Shown here in pieces: positions 8,339 through 15,733 of a stretch of DNA of 24,000 bases. The translations under genes were made by a program, and so were the position numbers. The stretch lies in the NCBI GenBank assembly GCA_047973125.1, contig JBKEBK010000024.1, forward strand, positions 99,928 through 123,927. Reading direction: 5' to 3'. The stretch is from Anaerorhabdus sp. GTDB taxonomy: Bacteria; Bacillota_I; Bacilli_A; Erysipelotrichales; Erysipelotrichaceae. The notes under the pieces are model-generated. The model saw nothing but the letters and a program-made list of their open reading frames with translations. It did not search any database and was not told the origin of the DNA. The stretch's first letter is position 1; each line of letters opens with the position of its first letter.

Positions 8339-9997
8339 CTATGTTCTAATTTCAATGATTGCCGGCAATACCATCGGCCTTTTTCCAGTTTCTTTTATTA
8401 TGTATTTAATAATTTTATCTCTTGCTTCTAATCTACAACTTGCATTTTCATATCTTTTTTCTTTAACAGCATTTTTTATGGTCTCTTCTAATATTTCACC
8501 AGCCATTTTAATTACATGTTCTGAATCCTTTAAGTAGATGACCCCACGACTTTGAACATCTGGACCTCCAATGACTTCTTTTGTTTTAAAATCAACTACA
8601 ATACCAACAATTATCGTTCCCTCTGTTGATAATGTATCGCGGTCTCTAAGTACCATACCACTAGTGTCAAGATTAGCCTTACCATCAACTAAAACTTCTT
8701 CTAATTTAATTATATCACTGTTATCTTTAAGAGTTCCATCAACAAAATTAGCAATTTGACCATTATCAAGAACTAGAATTTCCTTATGTGAGTAACCCAT
8801 TTTTAAAGCAATATTTGCATTAGCTATTAATTGACGATATTGACCCTTTACAGGAATGTAATACTTTGGTTTAAAAAGATAAAGCATCATTTTTAAATCT
8901 TCAATTGAAGCATGCATCGAAAACATTTCTTTCGAAACTACTGAGTGAATTGTAGCCCCTTCTTTATATAAATCATTTTCCATTTTAGTAGCTTCTCTTT
9001 CAGTTCCAGGAACTGCAGGAGAAGCAATTATTATAGTATCACTTGGTCTAAATTCTAAGAAATCATCTGCTTTAGTTGCAATTTTATGGATTTTTTTAAA
9101 GATTGTTGATCCATCTCCAGAAACAATCACAACAACATCTCTCATATCCTGATTATATCTTTCCTTAGAAATTTCCATACCTGGAGGCATATTATAATAA
9201 CCTAAGTCAGATACTGTCTTCATAAGTTTTCTAAGTTCAGCATCCATAAACACAATTTTTTTATGATATTTATTTGCTAATTCAACAACCTCAATAACAC
9301 GATATAAATTTTGATGATACATTGTTATCACAATTCTATCAGTAGCATCCTCAAAGTCCTGTTCTATTAAGGATGTAATTCTATGGTGTGGTGCTGTATG
9401 TCCAACTCTTGTTGCTCCTACAGATTCAGCTAAAAGGGCTAAGACACCCTTCTTACCAATTTCAGTAAATTGATCAATTTCTGTATAAAATGATGGGGTC
9501 TGAGTATCATAATCTATTATAAACTCTGAAGTATATACAACATACCCTGATGGAGTTCCAATTGCAACGCCAAATCCATCAGCAATTGATTGAGTTACAC
9601 CAAAGGTAATTATTGAATGATTTTCTACAACAAATTCATCATTTCTTTTTATTCTATTAATTTTATATCCAGTTATATTTTCTTTCTTTAAGTTACTTTC
9701 CAAAATTTCAGCTGTTAATGGCGCTGTATAAACCGGAACTTTAATTTGTTTTAGTAAGTTAGGTAATGCTGCCATAACGTCTTCATGACCGTGAGTTATA
9801 AAAATAGCCTTTACTCTTTGAGCATTTTCTATAAGATAATTGGTATCAGGTATAATCATCTCTATACCCAACCCTTCATTATCTGGATATTTTAGTCCAG
9901 CTTCAATAACAAAAATTGACCCATTAACATCAACACAATACATATTTTTTCCATCTTCATCTAGCCCTCCAAGAGCGAAGATTTTTACTTGATTCAT
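8339..9997 (-). CDS. rnj: ribonuclease J family protein (J2-like, degenerate metal site)
   Basis: 552 aa. RNase J architecture of metallo-beta-lactamase, beta-CASP and C-terminal domains, collinear with Bacillus RNase J1/J2 (IFALGGLDEDGKNMY..., FITHGHEDV..., LLAES...). Sits immediately upstream of ftsK, as rnjB does in B. subtilis. See the finding on substituted ligands. Confidence 0.9.
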   Translation of the reverse strand: MNQVKIFALGGLDEDGKNMYCVDVNGSIFVIEAGLKYPDNEGLGIEMIIPDTNYLIENAQRVKAIFITHGHEDVMAALPNLLKQIKVPVYTAPLTAEILESNLKKENITGYKINRIKRNDEFVVENHSIITFGVTQSIADGFGVAIGTPSGYVVYTSEFIIDYDTQTPSFYTEIDQFTEIGKKGVLALLAESVGATRVGHTAPHHRITSLIEQDFEDATDRIVITMYHQNLYRVIEVVELANKYHKKIVFMDAELRKLMKTVSDLGYYNMPPGMEISKERYNQDMRDVVVIVSGDGSTIFKKIHKIATKADDFLEFRPSDTIIIASPAVPGTEREATKMENDLYKEGATIHSVVSKEMFSMHASIEDLKMMLYLFKPKYYIPVKGQYRQLIANANIALKMGYSHKEILVLDNGQIANFVDGTLKDNSDIIKLEEVLVDGKANLDTSGMVLRDRDTLSTEGTIIVGIVVDFKTKEVIGGPDVQSRGVIYLKDSEHVIKMAGEILEETIKNAVKEKRYENASCRLEARDKIIKYIIKETGKRPMVLPAIIEIRT

Positions 9998-10026
9998 TAT
10001 ATTTCTCCTTTATTTCATTTTTATAA

Positions 10027-10035
10027 ATTATATCA
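10027..10035 (-). promoter_or_regulatory. extended -10 element (TGATATAAT) upstream of RNase J
   Basis: The reverse strand reads TGaTATAAT about 30 nt upstream of the ATG at 9997. The AAAGGAG RBS lies in between. Confidence 0.45.
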
Positions 10036-10076
10036 TATAAATACTGGTATTTAAACAGTATCGCACTATATATAAG

Positions 10077-10105
10077 TAAAAAAGAGTAGAAAATTATCAA
10101 CTCTT
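10077..10105 (-). terminator. probable rho-independent terminator after miaB
   Basis: The reverse strand has AAGAGT-12 nt loop-ACTCTT followed by TTTTTT. The stem is short (6 bp), so it is probably only moderately efficient. Confidence 0.45.
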
Positions 10106-10122
10106 ATTCAATAAAAATATTT

Positions 10123-11556
10123 TTAAATTTTCTCACCATTTAGTGACCAACTTCTAGCTTCTGTAATAACTACCTTTACTAAATCACCAGTTTTTACATT
10201 ATCAGCTGTAAAATTAACCAACTTGTTTTCATCACTATATCCAGAGAATAATTGATCATTTTTTTTGCTTGTCCCATCAACTAACACTCTAACTTCTTTA
10301 CCAACATACAGCTGATTTTTCTTATTTGCATAAAACGCTAACTTTTCATTTAGAATTTGAAGCCTTGAAGCTTTTTCTTCTGGGCTAATATTATCTTCCA
10401 TTTTGGCAGCTGGTGTGCCCACTCGTGGAGAATATATAAATGTAAAAGCAAAATCAAACTGACAGTGATCTACTAATTTTAGAGTTTCTTCAAACTGTTC
10501 TTTAGTTTCATTTGGAAAGCCAACAATGATATCCGTCGAAATTGCACAATTTGGAATTTTGGTTTTTATCTGATCATATAACTTTACATAACTTTCATAA
10601 GTGTATCTTCTTCCCATAAGTCTTAATATTTTATCACTACCTGATTGCACTGGTAAGTGAACAGATGGCATGATATTTGGATAATCCCTTATCATATCAA
10701 CCATCTCATCAGAAAAATCCCATGGGTGTGATGTTGTAAATCTTATTCTTTCAATATTTGTTTCTGCTGTATCTTTTAGTAAACTTGCAAAGCCTCCCTC
10801 AATACCTAAATCTTTTCCATAGGCATTTACATTTTGACCAAGTAATGTTACCTCTTTATACCCTTGTAATTTAAGTTCATTAATCTCTGCAAGAATATCA
10901 TCTTTTTTTCTGCTTCTTTCTTTACCACGGGTGTAAGGAACAATACAATAGCTGCAGAATTTATCACAACCATACATTATATTAACCCAGGCTTTATGCT
11001 TACCAAAGCGTTTTACTGGTAAGTTTTCAATGACATCACCTTGTAAAGAAAATACTTCTACAGTTCTCTCTTTCTCCATCATACTTTGATATAATAGCTC
11101 AGGCAAACGATGAATATTATGTGTACCGAAAATTAGATCAACTTGGTCATATGTTTTAAGTAATCTTTCAACTACATCTTCTTCCTGAGGCATACAGCCA
11201 CAGACCCCAAAAATTAAATCAGGATTACTTACTTTTAATCTTTTTAAAAGACCAAGTTCACCAAAAACTTTTTCCTCAGCATTTTTTCTGATAGCACAAG
11301 TATTAAGTAAAATAAAGTCTGCCTCTTTTTCATCAAAAGTTTGTTTAAATCCTATTCTTAGCAAAATTCCAACAATCGTCTCTGAATCTCTTTCATTTGC
11401 TTGACATCCATATGTCCTTAAATAGAACATTCTCCCTACACCAATATTTTTAGCATGTTCTGGTATATTGAAAGAATCATATTGAATTTCAACATCATCT
11501 TTTGTTCTTTTTTGAGCATTTTTTAATGACGGTAATTTATATATATCTTTTTTCAT
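10123..11556 (-). CDS. miaB: tRNA (i6A37) methylthiotransferase MiaB
   Basis: ORF trimmed to the ATG at 11556, which has AAGAGGA 5 nt upstream; the track's start at 11592 lies inside the upstream hairpin. MTTase N-domain YLRTYGCQANERDSE, radical-SAM CDKFCSYCIVPYTRG, and a C-terminal TRAM domain (VKVVITEARSWSLNGE). Confidence 0.88.
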   Translation of the reverse strand: MKKDIYKLPSLKNAQKRTKDDVEIQYDSFNIPEHAKNIGVGRMFYLRTYGCQANERDSETIVGILLRIGFKQTFDEKEADFILLNTCAIRKNAEEKVFGELGLLKRLKVSNPDLIFGVCGCMPQEEDVVERLLKTYDQVDLIFGTHNIHRLPELLYQSMMEKERTVEVFSLQGDVIENLPVKRFGKHKAWVNIMYGCDKFCSYCIVPYTRGKERSRKKDDILAEINELKLQGYKEVTLLGQNVNAYGKDLGIEGGFASLLKDTAETNIERIRFTTSHPWDFSDEMVDMIRDYPNIMPSVHLPVQSGSDKILRLMGRRYTYESYVKLYDQIKTKIPNCAISTDIIVGFPNETKEQFEETLKLVDHCQFDFAFTFIYSPRVGTPAAKMEDNISPEEKASRLQILNEKLAFYANKKNQLYVGKEVRVLVDGTSKKNDQLFSGYSDENKLVNFTADNVKTGDLVKVVITEARSWSLNGEKI

Positions 11557-11583
11557 ACATTCCTCTTTATCTATAAGCATAAT

Positions 11584-11609
11584 AAAAGCCAATCAATTTG
11601 TTGGCTTTT
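11584..11609 (-). terminator. weak/leaky hairpin terminator between ferredoxin and miaB
   Basis: AAAAGCCAA-8 nt-TTGGCTTTT followed by ATTAT on the reverse strand. Only 5 G/C-containing pairs. No convincing miaB promoter follows it, so read-through is likely. Confidence 0.4.
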
Positions 11610-11619
11610 ATAATTTTTT

Positions 11620-11793
11620 TTACTGTGAAATTGCTGATACTGGGCAAGCACCAACACAAGCACCACAATCAATGCAAGCTGATGGTTCACATTCAGCCTT
11701 GTCATTTGAATCCATTGATAATGCGCCTGTTGGACAAACACTAACGCAAGCTGTGCAACCAATGCATAAATCTTTATCTACTGTAACTGGCAT
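11620..11793 (-). CDS. 2x[4Fe-4S] ferredoxin (57 aa)
   Basis: ORF trimmed to the ATG at 11793, which has AAAGGAGG 7 nt upstream. Two CxxCxxCxxxCP motifs are present: CIGCTACVSVCP and CIDCGACVGACP. Confidence 0.85.
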   Translation of the reverse strand: MPVTVDKDLCIGCTACVSVCPTGALSMDSNDKAECEPSACIDCGACVGACPVSAISQ

Positions 11794-11860
11794 AATTTGG
11801 CCTCCTTTAACTATAAAAAAGTGTAACACAATTCAAAGACTTTAACAAGTCTAAATTATA

Positions 11861-12631
11861 TTATGGTCTAATCTGAAGACGATCAATTTTGACGGCCTTT
11901 TTACTTTCATTATCGATCTCAATAATTACTCCACATAAAATAGCAGGACCAACAGATGGAGTATAGTGTGTACGTTCTTTATAAATAACATATTTAAGGA
12001 CTTCTTCTGTATCTCTTCCTAAAATACTGTAATATGAACCACACATACCAACATCACTAATAAAGGCACTACCACACTCTATTCTCTCATCCGCAGTTTG
12101 AACGTGAGTATGTGTACCCACTACAATTTGAACTTTTTCTTTAAAATAATTCCAAAAAATGCTTTTTTCTGCAGTTGCTTCAGCATGTATATCAACAAAG
12201 TATATATCTGATTTTACTTCATTTAGAATATCATCCATAGTATCATATGGATTCTTATCAACTAAATCCATAAAAACTTTACCACAAAGATTAACGATAG
12301 TAACAGATAAGTCGTCAACTGTAACTGTAATATAACCTTTACCACTTGTATATCCTAATAAATTTTGAGGTCTAATTAATTTAGGACACTCATGCATTGT
12401 ATTTAGAATTTCTCCTTTAGAAAATGCGTGATTTCCAAGTGTAATCACATCTACTCCACCACTTATTAACTGGCGATATATTTTCGAAGTAATACCCTTA
12501 CCATGAGCAGAATTCTCACCATTTGCAATTACTAAATCGATATCATTATCTCGTTTTATATTAGCAAGATGCGACAAAACAATTTCTCGCCCTGTCGCAC
12601 CAACTATATCTCCTAAAAATAATATTTTCAT
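11861..12631 (-). CDS. ymdB: YmdB-family metallophosphoesterase (2',3'-cyclic-nucleotide 2'-phosphodiesterase)
   Basis: 256 aa with motifs MKILFLGDIVG, NGENSAHGKG, TLGNH and GTHTHVQTAD. Its start overlaps the rny stop (TAATG). rny-ymdB is the conserved Firmicute pair. Confidence 0.9.
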   Translation of the reverse strand: MKILFLGDIVGATGREIVLSHLANIKRDNDIDLVIANGENSAHGKGITSKIYRQLISGGVDVITLGNHAFSKGEILNTMHECPKLIRPQNLLGYTSGKGYITVTVDDLSVTIVNLCGKVFMDLVDKNPYDTMDDILNEVKSDIYFVDIHAEATAEKSIFWNYFKEKVQIVVGTHTHVQTADERIECGSAFISDVGMCGSYYSILGRDTEEVLKYVIYKERTHYTPSVGPAILCGVIIEIDNESKKAVKIDRLQIRP

Positions 12632-14178
12632 TACTTTGCTAACTCATTTACTCTTGTTTCACGAACAATTGTAACCTTAATTTGTCCTGGATATGTTAAT
12701 TCTGCTTCGATCTTCTCACGAATATCTCTAGCAATCTTAACCATTTTTGCATCATCAACAACTTCAGGAATAACTAATACTCTTATTTCTCTTCCAGCTT
12801 GAATTGCAAAGCTCTTATCTACACCATCAAATTCATTTGCAATAGACTCAAGTTGTTCCAAACGGTTAACATAGTTTTCCATAGATTCAAAACGAGCACC
12901 CGGTCTTGCAGCACTAAGAGTATCTGCAGCAGCTACAATATTTGCTATTAGTCCAATTGGTTCAACCTCACCATGATGAGATTCAATTGCATTAATTACA
13001 ATTTCCTTTTCGCCATGCTTTCTTGCAAGTTTTGCACCAAGTTCTGTATGAGTTCCCTCTTGTTCAAAATCTAATGCTTTACCAATATCATGAAGTAAAC
13101 CAGCTCTTTTAGCAAGAGCTTGATTTAAACCAATTTCTGCAGCCATAATACCAGCAAAATGAGCAACCTCTATACTATGTTGTAAAACATTTTGCCCATA
13201 GCTATAACGATATTTTAAACGACCAAGAACCATAACTAATTCCTTGCTAATTTTTCCAATTCCAAGTTTAAATACAGTATCTTCTCCAGTTTTTCTAATT
13301 GTTTCATCCATTTCTTTAGAAATTTTTGATACAACCTCTTCAATTCTACCCGGCTGAATTCTCCCATCTCTTATAAGAGCCTCCAAAGATAGTCTTGCAA
13401 TTTCTCTTCTAAGTGGATTAAAACAGCTAATTGTAATTGTTTCAGGCGTATCATCAATTATAAGCTCAACACCAGTAGCATTTTCCAATGCTCTAATATT
13501 TCTACCTTCTCTACCAATAATACGACCTTTCATATCATCATTTGGCAATCCTACAACAGAAACCGTTCTTTCAACAACTTCTTCCTGTGCATATCTTTGA
13601 ATCGCTAAAGCAATAATATTTCTAGTTTTCTCAGCCGCCTTAGACTTTGCTTCATCTTCCTTATCACGAATATACAAAGCAACTTCCTGTTCCATTTGTT
13701 TCTCAACTATAGACATCAACTCTACTTTGGCATCAACTGCAGAATATGAAGCAACTTTTTCAAGAACTTCAACCTGTTGATCTATACTTGTTTGTAATTG
13801 TTTTTCCATTTTGTCTACATTATTCAATTTTTCGGTTATTTGATTATTTCTTTCATCAATTTGTTTTTCTTTAGCAAAAATTGTCTCATCACGAAAATTC
13901 AAACTATCTTCACGACGAAGTAATTGATTTTGAGCATCTTGTATCTCATTCTTTTTCTCTTTTATTTCTTTTTCAGCATCAAGCTTCATCTCATAAACTT
14001 GTTGTTTACCATCCAATGTTGCTTGCCTTCTAATATTTTCAGAGTTACTAATTGCCTCTTCAACAATTATTTTTGACTTCCTTTTTGCACTATTCAGACC
14101 TAACCGATTTAGGATAAACATCAGTATAATTCCTGATACTATCCCCCCAAATAAAATAGATATTTCTAGTAATCCCAT
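12631..14178 (-). CDS. rny: ribonuclease Y
   Basis: ORF trimmed to the ATG at 14178, which has GGAGGA 7 nt upstream; the track's ATG at 14193 is part of that SD sequence. Domain order: N-terminal TM helix, long coiled-coil, KH domain (GRIIGREGRNIR), HD domain (LLHDIGK). Confidence 0.95.
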   Translation of the reverse strand: MGLLEISILFGGIVSGIILMFILNRLGLNSAKRKSKIIVEEAISNSENIRRQATLDGKQQVYEMKLDAEKEIKEKKNEIQDAQNQLLRREDSLNFRDETIFAKEKQIDERNNQITEKLNNVDKMEKQLQTSIDQQVEVLEKVASYSAVDAKVELMSIVEKQMEQEVALYIRDKEDEAKSKAAEKTRNIIALAIQRYAQEEVVERTVSVVGLPNDDMKGRIIGREGRNIRALENATGVELIIDDTPETITISCFNPLRREIARLSLEALIRDGRIQPGRIEEVVSKISKEMDETIRKTGEDTVFKLGIGKISKELVMVLGRLKYRYSYGQNVLQHSIEVAHFAGIMAAEIGLNQALAKRAGLLHDIGKALDFEQEGTHTELGAKLARKHGEKEIVINAIESHHGEVEPIGLIANIVAAADTLSAARPGARFESMENYVNRLEQLESIANEFDGVDKSFAIQAGREIRVLVIPEVVDDAKMVKIARDIREKIEAELTYPGQIKVTIVRETRVNELAK

Positions 14179-14218
14179 ACAGAAATCCTCCATTTCTTAT
14201 TTATTTTTGTACTTCTTT

Positions 14219-14247
14219 ATTATATATAAAAATTTTACTTTTAACAA
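14219..14247 (-). promoter_or_regulatory. sigma-A type promoter for rny-ymdB (TTGTTA-17 nt-TATAAT)
   Basis: On the reverse strand, TTGTTA (14242..14247) and TATAAT (14219..14224) have a 17-nt spacer, about 40 nt upstream of the rny start. Confidence 0.6.
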
Positions 14248-14309
14248 GAATTATATAATTTTAATTCAATTTTATCTTATCTTACAAGCATATAAAAATA
14301 AATTATAAA

Positions 14310-14340
14310 ATGATACTGAAAAATATTATTTCAGTACCAT
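14310..14340 (-). terminator. rho-independent terminator closing the glycosidase operon
   Basis: Hairpin TACTGAAA-7 nt-TTTCAGTA with additional flanking pairs, lying in T-rich sequence on the reverse strand about 65 nt after the oxidoreductase stop. Confidence 0.6.
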
Positions 14341-14403
14341 TTTTTAATTATTAAACTTGAAAAAATAAGTATAATTTAATATTTTAAATTAATTTATTTA
14401 AAG

Positions 14404-15726
14404 CTAATTATTAACTTTAAAATTTAACTCTTTTTTAAATTCTTCCATATTAACAACTCTATTTTCTATCCGTGATTTTTCTGCTGCAAATGCCATTAGA
14501 TGCGATTCTATTGAGTTGTGTATTGAAGTTTTAGCATCTTCTTTTTTATTTAAAGCATTAACAAAAGAACTTGTAAATCTATAATCAGATCCCCCATGAC
14601 CATAAATATAGTCTTTGATATTAAAAATAGATTTCACTCGGTAGGTTTTACTAATGCCGTGTTCAATATTTAAAAACTTTAAAATTTCTCCACTAACTAA
14701 ATTTCTTAATTTAAAATTAGTAACCTTAATTTTTTTCTCATCAGCAACAATCGTACCCTTTTCACAATATATCTTTATTTCTCTTGTACTCTCTCTTGTA
14801 AAAGCATTTAACACAAAAGAACAAGTAACTCCATTTTCAAATTCAATTATTGTTGTCTGATTATCACAGACATTATTTCCAGCTCTAAATACACAATTTC
14901 CATACTTTGTATTATCTAAGCCATTTTTTATATCAGAGATACCATTTTTGTTATTAGTAAAACTATTAGCAGAAAATCCTCCCTCTTTTGTATAGACATG
15001 CATTCCTTCGTATGGACAACTATCATTAATTTTACAATCAGCGCACCTTTTAGCACTGTCCTTTGGAGCGTTTGTTTCATTAAAAAATGAGAGATTTCCA
15101 AATGAGCTAATCTTTTTACATTTACTATCTGTAAGCCAAGATAATAAATCTAAATCATGACAACTTTTTGTAAGAACAATCGGACCACTAGTTTCACTAT
15201 TATTCCACATACCCCTTACAAAGCTATGTGACATATGATAGTGACCAATGTTCTCTGTATGATTAATGCTAATGATTTTACCAAGCTTACCACTATCTAG
15301 TATTTTCTTAATTTTATTCCATAAATTATGATATCTAAGGACATGACATACTAATACTTTTGCATTTTTTTCTCTAGCTAATTTTTCAATTTCTAATGTT
15401 TCAGTGATACTCATAGAAATAGGCTTTTCTAAAATAATATCATAACCTAAATTTAATGCTCCTATTGCTTGTTTATAGTGCAACTCATCTTGAGTTGCAA
15501 TTATAACAGCATCACAAATTTTCCCTTTTTCAAAAAACTTATCCTCATATTCAAAACACATTTCACTCTTAATATTAAACCACTGCATCATCTGATTTCT
15601 CTTCTCTTTTACCGGTTCTACAACCGCAACAAATTCTGCATCTAAATTATTTTTAAGAATAATATTCGCATATGTATCTTTTCCTCTACATCCAGCACCT
15701 AAAAGTGCCAATTTCAATTTAGCCAT
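14404..15726 (-). CDS. Gfo/Idh/MocA-family NAD(P)-dependent oxidoreductase with Cys-rich insert
   Basis: 440 aa. N-terminal Rossmann motif LALLGAGCRG, family EKP motif (ILEKPIS), and C-terminal-domain motif TKSCHDLDLLSW. Contains the insert C228-x2-C231-x5-C237-P plus C278 and C287. It is the last gene of the operon, 7 nt after the GH95 stop, with no obvious SD sequence. Confidence 0.8.
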   Translation of the reverse strand: MAKLKLALLGAGCRGKDTYANIILKNNLDAEFVAVVEPVKEKRNQMMQWFNIKSEMCFEYEDKFFEKGKICDAVIIATQDELHYKQAIGALNLGYDIILEKPISMSITETLEIEKLAREKNAKVLVCHVLRYHNLWNKIKKILDSGKLGKIISINHTENIGHYHMSHSFVRGMWNNSETSGPIVLTKSCHDLDLLSWLTDSKCKKISSFGNLSFFNETNAPKDSAKRCADCKINDSCPYEGMHVYTKEGGFSANSFTNNKNGISDIKNGLDNTKYGNCVFRAGNNVCDNQTTIIEFENGVTCSFVLNAFTRESTREIKIYCEKGTIVADEKKIKVTNFKLRNLVSGEILKFLNIEHGISKTYRVKSIFNIKDYIYGHGGSDYRFTSSFVNALNKKEDAKTSIHNSIESHLMAFAAEKSRIENRVVNMEEFKKELNFKVNN

Positions 15727-15733
15727 TATTTAT

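Noticed and set aside
7234-8759. Track ORFs 7234..7485(+), 8355..8537(+) and 8571..8759(+)
   Set aside because: They are antisense to ftsK and RNase J. These are hydrophobic, low-complexity shadow ORFs.
10041-10060. Hairpin ATACTG-8 nt-CAGTAT upstream of RNase J
   Set aside because: It is short and AT-rich, has no T-tract, and overlaps the presumptive -35 region. This is probably coincidental.
11557-11592. N-terminal extension MAFIMLIDKEEC of miaB
   Set aside because: The extension runs through the ferredoxin terminator hairpin. AAGAGGA sits 5 nt before the ATG at 11556.
11571-11762. 63-aa ORF overlapping the ferredoxin gene in another frame
   Set aside because: The ferredoxin frame has two perfect CxxCxxCxxxCP motifs and a strong RBS. 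The alternative frame is Gln/Leu/Val-rich with no start context.
11794-11829. N-terminal extension MLHFFIVKGGQI of the ferredoxin
   Set aside because: AAAGGAGG inside the extension is correctly spaced for the ATG at 11793.
11837-11852. Small hairpin AGACTT-4 nt-AAGTCT between ymdB and the ferredoxin gene, considered as a terminator
   Set aside because: It has only 6 bp and no following T-tract on the reverse strand, so it is too weak to call.
14179-14193. N-terminal extension MEDFC of RNase Y
   Set aside because: The upstream ATG is part of the ATGGAGGA Shine-Dalgarno sequence that serves the ATG at 14178.
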